IMG/VR virus record: IMGVR_UViG_3300031993_000037
Coordinates: 1-64,000 of that record
Source: a virus
Taxonomy: Duplodnaviria; Caudoviricetes
Direction: 5' to 3' (one strand)
DNA length: 64,000 nt
Part shown: positions 50,636 to 61,676 of the stretch, one piece after another
Position numbering within the stretch: position 1 is the stretch's first letter
Layout: each line of letters starts with the position of its first letter
Made by a program: the position numbers and the translations under genes
Notes under the pieces: model-generated
Told to the model about the DNA's origin: nothing
Seen by the model: the letters and a program-made list of their open reading frames with translations, nothing else
Database searches by the model: none

Positions 50636-53600
50636 TTACTCCTCCAACATTCCACAAGGTGAACCGTCTGGAAAAGTATATTCATTAAACAGTTCTTTCA
50701 TTGAATACCAACGGTCAAAGATATAAACAGCAAGGTTCTGATTTCCTGTAATCAAAAACTCATTAGAACAACATTTATCAACTACCCAAAGCAGCTTAGT
50801 TCCAGTGATGCTCATAAGTTCATTAAAATCTTTGAATGGTCGGTAATGCTTTTCTTCAAACTCTCTTTTAAGGTTTATTTTTTGACACGCTTTTTTATGT
50901 GTTTTACCAGATGCTATATGACAAAATTGAAATCTAGTACATTCATAGCAATAATGAGTTTCAGAAACAGAACCACTTACACTTAAAACTCCACCTTCAA
51001 CTCTATTTTCTCCTGTGTTCTGTTCGATTGTGTAGTTTTCTTCTGGCTTGATGCGGTAGTCTGTTGAATCAGAGATTATATCATCACAAATTGTTTGCAG
51101 TTCCAAGTTTTCGTCTCTATCAATCCAAGTGACTCCGTTAAATGAATACTGAATCCTTTTTCCTTCTGCTATTGCTTGAATAATCGGCAACAGTTTCTTT
51201 GCTTTTTCCTGCTCTGTCATTTTATCAACCCCTTCTTTTTAAGTTCTTCTCTTGTTATAGTTCTGTGTTCAATTTCAATTTTGAATCCTTCTTCTGAAAC
51301 AAACAGCGGTTCAAATAGTATAAACAACCAAAGCAGGAACTCGCAAAACAAGTTTCTTTCTACAACCTCATTATGTTCTGGTTGGAAATAAATAGGTATC
51401 TTGTGAAGTTTTGCATAATAGAAAATATCTTGTTTGTCCATTTCTATTCACTCTCCTTTAGTTCTGGAAGTACAATTTCTTTCCAAGCGATAGCATCGCA
51501 CCCTGCTTCCCACGCCTTATGTTTTGGAGAGTATCTACCTACGCACATTCTCCATTCTTCGCCCGAATAAACTAAAACATCATTTTCGTCTTTCGGTAAA
51601 TCTCCGTCTTTCACATAATGCCATTCATCTTTAATCGGACAGTCTGATATGGTGGTTACATTCAGCCTTGCTTTTGCACATTCTTCAAAACCTTTCTTAT
51701 AGCCTGTTCTATAGGCTAACATTCTGTCAGTCATACGGCTATCTTCCGTTCCGTTTCTTGACTTTGCATACTCATAAACTTCTTTATCAAGTTCTTTATT
51801 ATCTAACCAATGCTGATTCAGATAGTCTATTTCTTCGTGTGCTAAGTTATATCCGTATTCAGCACCTTTTTGATATGCTTCCTCAATTCTGATATATTCG
51901 GGCTTATCATCTTCCTTATGATGTAATTCTAAATCTTTGACGTGATACAGCCACTTATTTGCATATTCTTTAGATTCTTTCTCAAACATAGTTACTCCTT
52001 ATTATATTATCTTCAAGTGAAGTTACTCTGCTATTCAGTTGTGTTATCTGATAAGCCAACATCTGAATTGTCTTATCCCATTCTTCTCTCTGTTTTTTAT
52101 CTTGTTTTCTAAAATGTAAAGCCAAAACAAAATCAACCATAACTTTAATAAATAATAAAACTTCCATTACTGCAATAATTCCTAAAAATACTACTATCAT
52201 TTCTCCACCTCGCTAATCTTCATAATCTTCTTCTAAGATTTCTTCACACTTAGCAATTACATCATCTAATTCGTGATTAAGTACATACTCTGCTAATTCT
52301 ATTACTGTCATTTCTCCACCTCGCTATGTTCTCTAACAATTCTCATTGTTTCTTTGTTTTCGGGGTCGTTTACAACTATCAAGGCATCATAAACAGTTTT
52401 ACAATTAGGACAAGTAATTGTTTCCATAGGCTTCATTTCTAAACCCCATTTATGACCGCATTTCTCACATTCTGCTCTTACTGTCATTTTCCACCTCGCT
52501 ATTTAAGAATTGCTCTGCTTCTGCAAGTATTTCATCTTGTCGCTTTACATCGTCTTTTGTTACAACAGGACTGAAATATAATGCTTTAAGTTTTTTAATT
52601 ATCTCGGTTGCTTTGGTGAGTTGGTCGTTTACTTCACCATATTTTCTAACCGCTTCTTTATGCAAAACATCAAGGGTGTGGATTGTGTTTTCTTTGGCTT
52701 TCAGTTCTGCATTTTCCTTTTCAAGTTCGGCTACCTTATTTTTATAAGAACGCATTTCGTTATAGTAGTTTTCACAAGACTGCTGAATATCCTTATTTTC
52801 TTTTTCAAGTTTCCTAATCTCATTATCCCTGCCTTCTAACTGATAGTCTGCATTGGCAAGTTTATCTTCAAGTTCGGCTATTTGCTTTTCAAGTGCCTCA
52901 CATCTATTTTCTGTATACCGTTGTATTTCTTCTGCCCTTGCTATTCTATCTTTCATTTCGTCTATATTCATTTTTCTTTTATCTCCTTAATTCCCATTCA
53001 TCTTTGCAGTTTATACAGTCGCAATAAGTCAAATCACATTTAGCGTCATAACACCCACCCGTATTGACGTGGTATAAATGTTTGCAATTTCCCCCGCATT
53101 TCATTTTTTCAATCTGTGCTTCAAGTTCGGCTATCCGCTTTTCTCTTGGCTCGGCACCTGCGAGATAGGCTTGCACGCAGTTCTCTTGCTCTTTCCAACC
53201 TTTCGTGTAAAACCTTGCTTCTTTTTCAAGTTCTTCTGTCATACTTACTCCTTAAACTGTGGGATTTCACACCAAGCGATAATTTTTTGACAGGTAGACC
53301 ACCCATCAAAGTTATCTTCTGAACTTTCAACCTCATAATATTCAAAACTTCTGTATAAACTACCGTCACTTTCTGTTATTGCAATAACCTCAGTTTCGTA
53401 TTCTGGTAAATCATTCGGGTCTTTTCTCAAATCGTGCCACTGGACACCGTTCTCAGTTGCTCCTGCGATATAAGCATTATCTAAATCTCTAAGATATAAT
53501 TCATACCACCCATCTTTGATTCTGAATGGGTTTGGATTTTCAATACGTCTTGTTGCTTTAGATTGTGTTTCAATTACAACACCATCTCTTTCAATACAAG

Positions 53601-53995
53601 TTATGCCCATAGGCTTATAGTCTTTTCGCCATTCTTCTGCTTCCTTTTTCAGTTCGTCTTTAGTCATTTTCTTTTATCTCCCATTTTTCGTGTTTATCTG
53701 TTCTACAATGCTCATACTCTGTTCTTGAATGTTTGCAGTTATAGCAACACTTCATTTTCTCAATCTGTGCTTCAAGTTCCGTTACTCTGTCAGTCAGTTC
53801 TCCTTTATCTTTCTGCAAGGCTATTATCTGCTCTGCGTCTATCTGTATCTGCTTTTCTCTTGATTCTGTACCTGCAATGTAACCTTTTACATATCCTGCT
53901 CTTTCTGCCACATCAATTTCATTCCAATTAATAGGCATAGAACAATTCTGTTTAGCACTTTCTTCTGCTTCTTTTTCAAGTTCTTCTTTAGTCAT
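50636..53995 (-). CDS. Array of small accessory ORFs (50636, 51217, 51444, 51982, 52465, 52979, 53245, 53660 and <60-aa ORFs)
   Basis: ORF track; DUF551-like WH...DLP...IAW.E modules, coiled coils and Cys clusters. Confidence 0.65.
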
Positions 53996-54010
53996 AGTTT
54001 TACTCTTTAC

Positions 54011-54604
54011 TTATTGTTGATTTTTCAAAAGCCAGATATTATTTTTTACTTTTGCAAGATAAACGTAAGTTGAAGGTGGAATTGATCCGTTCATAACTGC
54101 ACCTTCGCCACAGTTATATGCCATAATTACATCATCAGACACTTTAATCTTCTGTTGTAGGAATTGGATATGATGAAGGGCAATGTATGAGTTATGTTTC
54201 CAATTAAATGGGTCCAGTTCAATATTAGAGAACCAGTAATTTTTTTTGAATGTACTCCATAGATATTTATCATTGAGTTGAAACAGACCTACGTCGATAG
54301 TTCCGTTTTCATTTTTATGAGCTGCATCTTTATCAAACTCCGGATTCTCTACCATAAGAATTGCCACGACTAAATCAGAATCAAGTTCAAGTTCAGAACT
54401 CAATTCGCAGATGTAATTAGAAATATCATCACCCAGGAATTTGTATTTGGTTTCTTCAGAAACAACCGGTTCGTTACAATTGAAATCTACTGCAATTTTT
54501 TTACCATGTTTCGTTCCTATAAAATAAGCAGCACATACAAGGCCGACAAGAATTATAATTCCGTAAATAATAATTCCACCAATTTTATCATGCTTTTCAG
54601 TCAT
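54011..54604 (-). CDS. Membrane-anchored lytic transglycosylase (SLT family)
   Basis: TM; AILMVEN (catalytic E), GLFQLN and AYNCG. Confidence 0.85.
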   Translation of the reverse strand: MTEKHDKIGGIIIYGIIILVGLVCAAYFIGTKHGKKIAVDFNCNEPVVSEETKYKFLGDDISNYICELSSELELDSDLVVAILMVENPEFDKDAAHKNENGTIDVGLFQLNDKYLWSTFKKNYWFSNIELDPFNWKHNSYIALHHIQFLQQKIKVSDDVIMAYNCGEGAVMNGSIPPSTYVYLAKVKNNIWLLKNQQ

Positions 54605-54847
54605 TTGAACCACCTACCTTTTTACTTTCCAGGTAAGAATCCAAATCCTTTACATCAAACTTTACTAAACGACCAAGCTGAATATGCGGTATGGTGTTCT
54701 GAAACTTTTTGAAAGTTGAAAGGGAAACTCCGAGATACTCTGCAGCTTCTTCTCTTGTCTTTAATTCCATATTGTTACCTCACTATGTCTTGTATCATAT
54801 AGTAGGTAACCTAAGAAAACTTTTTACTCGTAGACAATTTGGTTTGT

Positions 54848-55948
54848 CTACGAACTCCACTGTCTAAAATTAATTTCTTTCACACCACCGTTACGACAGG
54901 CTTTCTGCAGCTCTGCATTCCAATTCCGTCCTTGTGAAGGTCTGTGTCTGCTTTCAGAAAAGAAAATATAATCACTTGGAGAATAATCAGAGTAGGGTGC
55001 AGTACTTGCGTATTTTAAGATAATGCTTGTAACGTAACTTGATGTAGTAATTACTCTCGGCTTCTTATTTCTAACTAATCCTTCTTTTGTGTAAAAATTT
55101 TCTATGTTTATAGTTTTTTCATCTACATCGCACAAACGTAATGCACGAACTTCCTGGAGCTGCATTTTGCCAACGTAAGCAACAAGGTTGGCAATAAATG
55201 CCTCTTCATTATCCCAGTGAGAATTAAATATTTTTGAGATATCAACTGAGGTAAGATTATTCTGTGCCTTTTCTACTTTAGGGAGATAGAACTCATAACA
55301 TCGGGTAAGGATAAGCCCTTGTTTATATGCTTCTTTAAGAGGAATAAGTCCAGTCTTCATAATTCCATTTATGCGACTTTGTGATAAACCTTTTTCTGAA
55401 AGTTTTTCAAAGACTCGTTCAATATCTCCGGAATTTATTTCACTGACTGCTCTCTTTTTTGTCATGGACCAATAATGTATTGAATCATGATTTTGTTTTA
55501 CATATACAGGATTTAATTCCTTGCGTTTTACATATTCAGAATCTTCGGACCAGAATTTTTTAAGATATTCAAGGAAAGGTTCTTTTGACAGTCTTTTTTC
55601 AGAACCAAATTCCGGAGGATCATTAAGCAGGTTTTTGAAAACAATAACTGCCTCATCAAAAAGAGTTTTATTAATTATAGAGTTTACGTTATCCCATTCT
55701 TCTTCTGTTACATCATCACGAATAAGTGGTGAAATCGCAGATGAGATTCGAGCCTCAAGTTCTGGTATGTCGTAATGATATCGTTGTTTTACGGACCATT
55801 TGATTACATCATCATGAGGTCTAGTCTCAGGACACCAGTTCCAGATCACTCGCTCTGGTATTCCTGTAAGTGATGAAATATAAGAAGATGATTTTCCGGC
55901 GGCGGCGAGTTCCCTAACTTCCTTTTCCTTTTCTATTGTGTATCGCAT
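54848..55948 (-). CDS. HTH fused to a catalytically inactive integrase-like domain
   Basis: N-terminal HTH; similar to Int (FL..FW...S.Y, MQLQEVRALR..D) but ends at INFRQWSS without HxxR or Tyr. Confidence 0.7.
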   Translation of the reverse strand: MRYTIEKEKEVRELAAAGKSSSYISSLTGIPERVIWNWCPETRPHDDVIKWSVKQRYHYDIPELEARISSAISPLIRDDVTEEEWDNVNSIINKTLFDEAVIVFKNLLNDPPEFGSEKRLSKEPFLEYLKKFWSEDSEYVKRKELNPVYVKQNHDSIHYWSMTKKRAVSEINSGDIERVFEKLSEKGLSQSRINGIMKTGLIPLKEAYKQGLILTRCYEFYLPKVEKAQNNLTSVDISKIFNSHWDNEEAFIANLVAYVGKMQLQEVRALRLCDVDEKTINIENFYTKEGLVRNKKPRVITTSSYVTSIILKYASTAPYSDYSPSDYIFFSESRHRPSQGRNWNAELQKACRNGGVKEINFRQWSS

Positions 55949-56155
55949 TTCTCACTCCAATATTTTTTGAACACATAATCAATTCGTCTTAATGTTTCTG
56001 TAAGCGAACATTCTCTGAAACGAACCTTGTAAGGATAAATAAATATTTCCCAACCATACTTACCTTGATAAAACCTTGCAAAAAGATTTTTGTTGGTCCT
56101 GGCAAAGTAAACACCTTCGTGGTCTTTGTCAGAACTTACAAAAAGTCTACTGGTC

Positions 56156-57517
56156 TCAATAACGGACTTCTTCACGCTTATACTCCTGCTTAGTTTTTTC
56201 GTTACGAGCACCAAGGTCATCGAGAGCAGAACGATTCTGGTCTTCAACGAAATTCATACAGATTGGTTTGAAACTAAAAGTTGCAACACCAGTTTTACCG
56301 TCTCTGTTTTTGGCAACGATAACATCCGTAGGAATCATTTTCAGAGGGTTATCTCTTTCTCGTTCGTCATCAAGTTCACGCTGACGATGAAGAAGCATGA
56401 TTACATCAGCATCCTGTTCAATGTTTCCAGACTCACGAAGAAGAGCAAGGTTTGGTTTCTTTCCTTCTGCTTCACGACCACACTGTGCAAGAAGAACAAT
56501 TGCAACGTGAAGTTCACGAGCCATTTTGTGAAGTGTCTTAGTGATACGTCCTACATCAACATAACGCTGACCAGAACTGTCTGTAACTTCAATAAGTCCA
56601 AGGTGGTCAATGAATATAACCTTAGAACCTTTTACCTTTGCTTCATAACGAATACGAGAATATAAAATCTTATCGTTATCTACGCCAGTATCCATAATTG
56701 AAACTGGAAGTGAATACAACTGTTCGACAGCTCTGTTGAAACGAAGAATCATACTCTGACTTTCATTTACGATACCTTTCTTGATCTGCCACATAGGAAT
56801 ATCAGACTTGGCAGAAATCATACGGAAGTACAAAGCGAGTGCACTCATTTCAAGAGAGAATACAGAAGTCTTCACACCCTTAGCTGCAATTCCCATAATC
56901 AGAGCAAGTGCAAAAGCAGTCTTACCAATTGATGGACGAGCACCAATAACGTACATGTTATCTTCCTGGATACCGTCTACGATGTCATCGAGACCTTCGA
57001 AACCTGTTGAATAACCAGAAAGTAATTTCTTTTCCTTGAATGCTTTCTGAACTTCTTCTACTGCAGAAATTGCAAGATGTTTCATATCAAAGCTGTCTAC
57101 ATCCGTAGTGTCGAGTGCAGAAAGCTGAGACTGAATATCGCTAATCAATTCAGAAGAAGATTTCATACTGGCACTATTCTGAACTGTTGCAGTAAGTTTC
57201 AGAATGAGTCTCTTTTTATAAAGTTCTTTAAGGTTTTTAGAGTAGTATTCCCAAGCACCAGTTGAAGGAACTTCATCGGAAAGGGTAGCGAGATACAACA
57301 TGTCAAACTCTGACTCGTTTTCAGCAAGTGAAGCTGCATCAAAGAAGTGGTTTTTCTTCCAAAGCTCACACATCTTTTTGTAGATGTACTTATGCTTTTT
57401 GTTGAAGAAAGCATCCTCTGGAAATCCGGCGAGCATATCCATGATTGAATTATCCAAAAGTAAACAATTCAATAAGCATTTTTCTTTTTCGTTATCATTC
57501 AGCATTGTTTCTGTCTG
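56156..57517 (-). CDS. dnaB: Replicative DNA helicase
   Basis: GARPSIGKT, FSLEMS, FIDHLGL, LRESGNIEQDAD and AKNRDG. Confidence 0.95.
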   Translation of the reverse strand, partial: QTETMLNDNEKEKCLLNCLLLDNSIMDMLAGFPEDAFFNKKHKYIYKKMCELWKKNHFFDAASLAENESEFDMLYLATLSDEVPSTGAWEYYSKNLKELYKKRLILKLTATVQNSASMKSSSELISDIQSQLSALDTTDVDSFDMKHLAISAVEEVQKAFKEKKLLSGYSTGFEGLDDIVDGIQEDNMYVIGARPSIGKTAFALALIMGIAAKGVKTSVFSLEMSALALYFRMISAKSDIPMWQIKKGIVNESQSMILRFNRAVEQLYSLPVSIMDTGVDNDKILYSRIRYEAKVKGSKVIFIDHLGLIEVTDSSGQRYVDVGRITKTLHKMARELHVAIVLLAQCGREAEGKKPNLALLRESGNIEQDADVIMLLHRQRELDDERERDNPLKMIPTDVIVAKNRDGKTGVATFSFKPICMNFVEDQNRSALDDLGARNEKTKQEYKREEVRY

Positions 57518-58280
57518 CATTTTGTACTCCTCTAAAACTTTCACCGTTCAAGACGTTTACTACTGCGACAGATTTAATTCTGTTCATAATTACATTAGTT
57601 TTATCCAGCTCTGCACTTAAGGTTTTCTGTTCTCCCACTGTCTTGTTTGAAAAATCGACATTACACAGAAAACCCTTAAACTGGATTGGTGTAAGGTTTG
57701 TTGCCATCCACAAAGGAAGCATATTATCAAATCTTGCACTGATGATATAAGACAAGAAGTTTCGTTCTTCTTGGATATTAGGACAGGTTCCAATTTCATC
57801 AATGCACAAAAAAGGAACTGTAGTTAGATGTTTCAGAAATGCCTCTTCGGTATCTTCTGTCTTAAAATCACGAAGCATTCTCAACTTAGCCTCCAAGTCT
57901 CTGATTGTGAAGTAATAAGAGCCGCCAAGACCAACGTAGGCTCTTTCGTGAACAGCACAAGCAAAGGTTGTTGTTTTACCACAGCCTGTACTTCCGAAAA
58001 GCAGATAGATTGTATCTGAGTTCTCTTTCAGACAAAGTTCTCTTGCTGTTTCAGTAATTTCAGAAGGATAGTTGTCAAACATTGCCGACTGATATCTCTT
58101 AGGAAGATTTGAGATAGCGTTAGAGTTTGAAACTCTATCAAGGCCCTCTTTGTGAAGACGGTCGTGTTCTCGCTTCTTAAAATCTGCTTCCTGCTCCGGG
58201 GTGATCTGATTTGCAGTTTCATTCCACTCTTTCATTTTCTCTGCAAAAATCTTTTCCACAGGTGTTCCGTTAAATTCCAT
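57495..58280 (-). CDS. DnaC/IstB-like helicase loader ATPase
   Basis: GSTGCGKT, LCIDEIG, R...TNL. Confidence 0.9.
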   Translation of the reverse strand: MEFNGTPVEKIFAEKMKEWNETANQITPEQEADFKKREHDRLHKEGLDRVSNSNAISNLPKRYQSAMFDNYPSEITETARELCLKENSDTIYLLFGSTGCGKTTTFACAVHERAYVGLGGSYYFTIRDLEAKLRMLRDFKTEDTEEAFLKHLTTVPFLCIDEIGTCPNIQEERNFLSYIISARFDNMLPLWMATNLTPIQFKGFLCNVDFSNKTVGEQKTLSAELDKTNVIMNRIKSVAVVNVLNGESFRGVQNADRNNAE

Positions 58281-58289
58281 TTTGCTCTC

Positions 58290-59207
58290 CTAGAAAATTG
58301 TCGTATCATAACTGTCACGGTCACAAGTCATGTTTACGCCGCTTACATTCTTATCTGAATTAGACTGTGTTTTTGTATGCATCTGCTGATATAACTTGCC
58401 ATACTGTTTGATAAATCCATCAACACTGAAGATTTTATTAGACCACCAACCTGTCATAGCAAAATCAATTGTTGAAATGATTTCAGATTCGGATTTATTT
58501 TCACTCACAATGAAACGAGCGAAATCTTCTTGCCATGCAAGTTTGTGTGTGGCTGCGGTCTGAGAATTTTGTAGTTTGATTAAATAACTAATTAATTTGT
58601 CTGCACACTTTTCTGACAGAGTAAATATCTCAGAAGGTAATGAAGATAGATATTCTTTGTGTTTTTCTTCTGCAGTAACTCGTTTTTTCTTCTCAACTTT
58701 TTTAGTTTGGTTAAACTTTGGTGGTTCGCTATTCAACGAAGTTGAAGATGATTTATTATTAAGTTTATTATTAGATTTATTATTCTCTTTAATCGTCTGT
58801 TGATACCCTATTAATTCCTGGTTGATACCCTCATCAACTGGTGTTGATACCCTATCAACTGTGGTTGATACCTCAGAGGTGATATAAATACGTCTTTCCA
58901 CAATAATGTTTTTACATTTGCAATAAACGATATTTATATAACCTTTAGAAGCCAACTGATTAATCCATTTTGATACAGCCTGTGGAGTTCTGTCATATCT
59001 TTTTGCAAAATATGTGTTACTTGCATAGCAGTATCCATTTTTATGAGTAAGTGCAGTTATCTCTCCGTATAATAAAATTGCGTATGGAGACAAGTCAGAG
59101 TCATATCTAACATTAGCAGGAATTACTGAGAAGTAAGATGGTTGGTCTGTTTGTTTTTCAACAGTGTTTACTTCAATAATATTTGCATTTTCTAAATTCA
59201 TTGCCAT
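58290..59207 (-). CDS. Replication initiator (wHTH)
   Basis: IPANVRYD..L...LLYGEI...GYCYASN.YFA; upstream of loader and helicase. Confidence 0.9.
   Translation of the reverse strand: MAMNLENANIIEVNTVEKQTDQPSYFSVIPANVRYDSDLSPYAILLYGEITALTHKNGYCYASNTYFAKRYDRTPQAVSKWINQLASKGYINIVYCKCKNIIVERRIYITSEVSTTVDRVSTPVDEGINQELIGYQQTIKENNKSNNKLNNKSSSTSLNSEPPKFNQTKKVEKKKRVTAEEKHKEYLSSLPSEIFTLSEKCADKLISYLIKLQNSQTAATHKLAWQEDFARFIVSENKSESEIISTIDFAMTGWWSNKIFSVDGFIKQYGKLYQQMHTKTQSNSDKNVSGVNMTCDRDSYDTTIF
58750..58872. repeat. Replication origin iterons inside initiator gene
   Basis: GTTGATACC at 58799, 58821, 58843 and 58864 (21-22-bp period) with inverted ATCAAC; adjacent AT-rich tract. Confidence 0.75.
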
Positions 59208-59209
59208 TT

Positions 59210-59641
59210 TTAATTAATCTCCTCTGCACAATATTCAAAAAACTTTGAATAATTAAAGCATTTTAAGTAGTCTTCGAAGCTATGATTGTTTTTATCAAAA
59301 CAGACAGGAAAGGTTCCTCTGTTATATTCATTTTTTAATGTCCAGAAAAAAGATAGTTCAAATTTAAGTTTCCAAAATTCCGAAAAGTAAAAATCGTACA
59401 TACAAAGAACGTTATGATACTCTGGTTTTGGAGATGTTATATCAATCATATCTTTTACATTGTTAAACTGGAGTAAACAGGTATGGAACTTCTGATGAAG
59501 TTTTGCTGGAATTAGAACTAAATTATCAAAATCATTATTGTTATGATTAAGGTCTATATGATGTATCACAAAAAGTTTATGATTCCATTTTAGTCCATTC
59601 ATGTTTTCAGAGTATATTTTTTTATAATCTGTATTGTTCAT
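59210..59641 (-). CDS. HNH-motif protein
   Basis: IHHIDLNH.NND.DNLVLI...H...H. Confidence 0.75.
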   Translation of the reverse strand: MNNTDYKKIYSENMNGLKWNHKLFVIHHIDLNHNNNDFDNLVLIPAKLHQKFHTCLLQFNNVKDMIDITSPKPEYHNVLCMYDFYFSEFWKLKFELSFFWTLKNEYNRGTFPVCFDKNNHSFEDYLKCFNYSKFFEYCAEEIN

Positions 59642-59670
59642 AAAAAATCTCCCACATCACATTAAAATAA

Positions 59671-59803
59671 AAAGCCCTTTACCAAAGCGGCTCCGGCTGA
59701 GATTTCCGTAAACAGTCAATGCGACAAAACTGTTATAGAGCCACCTTGATAAAGGGTTCTTTTGTTCATCGCATTTCTGTCACAACGGTTTCTCACGCCG
59801 TTG
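59671..59803 (-). ncRNA. Structured riboregulator/attenuator (C4-antisense-like)
   Basis: Long stem CCCTTTATCAAGGTGGCTC/GAGCCGCTTTGGTAAAGGG plus T-run; upstream hairpin AACGG/CCGTT. Confidence 0.55.
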
Positions 59804-59833
59804 GGTCTGTTATAACCCAAAATAATTCTTGGA

Positions 59834-60472
59834 TTAAACATTAGTTCCTCCCTTAGTTTTATGAGGAATGTTGTTTCGTTTACAATATTTTGCCATTGTT
59901 CCGACCTTCACATTGAAAAGTGCAGCAAGCTCTTTTACTGTCAATTCTGCAGAAACTTTTAGAACTTTATCTTTATCTAAAGTTCCTTTTCTTCCGTCCT
60001 TGTCAGCTATGAACTTGATATCATGCCAGTAGACATAACTTTTCATTTGCTGTCTTGATATCCCGAAGTGAGCTGCTGATTCTGATAAAGTGTGATTACA
60101 AGAGTAATTTCTTACTTCATCCTCATTCAGTTCTTTATTACGAATACCAGATGTTTTTTCTGCTGTTTTATGCTTTGTAGTTTTATCTTCAATGGTTGGT
60201 GTGTCCCGAATAATTCCTGTCATTACTGCGTTACGTACCCTTTCATTCTCATAAGCACTTTTAATTACAGTTCTAAGAGAATTAAAAAGTTTACGATAGC
60301 TTACTTGATTAGAATATTCACAGCCATCAACCAAATCTTCACAGAACAAATCAAGACTTTCGAGTATCTTGATCGCTCCGCAATCCAATGTGTTACTATG
60401 TCTCCTTAATTCTTCAAGTTTCCCATTGTCTACATTGACAACTTCAAATCCGTTTTCAACAAAGTTTGACAT
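59834..60472 (-). CDS. Protein with two C-terminal HTH-like repeats
   Basis: SD AGGAG before ATG 60472; TLSESAAHFGIS and TVKELAALFNV. Confidence 0.7.
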   Translation of the reverse strand: MSNFVENGFEVVNVDNGKLEELRRHSNTLDCGAIKILESLDLFCEDLVDGCEYSNQVSYRKLFNSLRTVIKSAYENERVRNAVMTGIIRDTPTIEDKTTKHKTAEKTSGIRNKELNEDEVRNYSCNHTLSESAAHFGISRQQMKSYVYWHDIKFIADKDGRKGTLDKDKVLKVSAELTVKELAALFNVKVGTMAKYCKRNNIPHKTKGGTNV

Positions 60473-60729
60473 AAAGGCTCCTATCTTCAGGTCATTAGTT
60501 GAATCCGAACCGGTTCGAAAAATATGGGCAGGAAGGTTGATGAAGTCTCCCACCCCCAACAACATCTAACGGTAATCAGCCGTAAGAGTAGATTAATTGT
60601 AAATCATTAGTACTTTTTACAATTACAAGTGATGTACAAACTGGTTTGTCTATCTTTTGCTTTTTCTCTCTTTTTCTGATATGATATATTCAGACTTTAG
60701 AGAGAAGGTAAATTAACCAAGAGCTTTAC

Positions 60730-60787
60730 TTGACTTTTGGTAACCTTACCTATATTATAATATATAGCTAGGTTACCAATTTGTCAA
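60730..60787. promoter_or_regulatory. Lysis/lysogeny switch: overlapping divergent promoters with operators
   Basis: Plus TTGACT-17-TATTAT; minus TTGACA-17-TATATT; inverted TTGGTAACCT (60737) and AGGTTACCAA (60770) in the spacers. Confidence 0.7.
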
Positions 60788-60842
60788 TATAAATATTGGT
60801 AAAATAAACAATAAACAATAATTTTTATAGGTAAAATAGCTT

Positions 60843-61235
60843 ATGGAGTTTTATAATAGGATCAAAGAGCTTGTAAAAAAGTCTGGAAAGACTATGCAAA
60901 AAGCCATCGAAGAAGCAGGAATTAATTACGACTCTTATAACAGCCTTAAAAGGTATGATAATCTCCCTAGAGCAGACGATTGTGTTAAACTTGCTAAGTA
61001 TCTTGGAGTAACTTCTGAATACCTTGTTACTGGAGAGGACAGTACGTTAGACAACGATGTCCTGGAAGTAGTAAAAACATACCAGAAAATCCCTAAAGGT
61101 CTAAGAAGTGTTTTTAAGTCTGTCATGGAAGGTTTTACAAAAGCTGACGATCCTGGTGAACCTTTATTAGAAGCCTCCTTAAATCCAGATGATATACCAG
61201 AAGATTATCATCCAGACGATTCGGAATCCACTTGA
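60843..61235 (+). CDS. CI-like XRE repressor
   Basis: NLPRAD..VKLAKYLGVT.EYLVTG; divergent from the replication operon. Confidence 0.85.
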   Translation: MEFYNRIKELVKKSGKTMQKAIEEAGINYDSYNSLKRYDNLPRADDCVKLAKYLGVTSEYLVTGEDSTLDNDVLEVVKTYQKIPKGLRSVFKSVMEGFTKADDPGEPLLEASLNPDDIPEDYHPDDSEST

Positions 61236-61262
61236 ACACACTTGAATTGTAGTTTGAATTAA

Positions 61263-61676
61263 TTACTCGTATTCATCAATACAATTCAAGACCATTCGTT
61301 TATAATCCTCTTTCTCTTCCGGCTGATAGATGTATATCTTGCACCAGGCATTACCTTTGTCATACGTATTGAATACGTGGTGATGCCTTACTATCTGCCA
61401 GCGATCGTCTTTTAATGCTTTGAAATCTTGCAGCATATCGAATATTGAGTTAACACCATTATCACTGTCTCTTCTAGCATTGTCACCGTGACAAAAAATG
61501 AGAATAATAAAACACTTATCTTCAATGCATTTTCTTATCAGTGGTCTCAACGCTAACGCAGCATATTCGTGCCACGCTTTATATTTATCACTGTAAAGCA
61601 ATGTATGACTTCGAGAGCTAAAAGTTCTGCCGTTCTTTTTTGATGGTGTTTCCATTTTCAGTTCATATTTAATCAT
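61263..61676 (-). CDS. rusA: RusA-like Holliday junction resolvase
   Basis: PSKKN, RRDSDN...IFD.L...DD. Confidence 0.8.
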   Translation of the reverse strand: MIKYELKMETPSKKNGRTFSSRSHTLLYSDKYKAWHEYAALALRPLIRKCIEDKCFIILIFCHGDNARRDSDNGVNSIFDMLQDFKALKDDRWQIVRHHHVFNTYDKGNAWCKIYIYQPEEKEDYKRMVLNCIDEYE

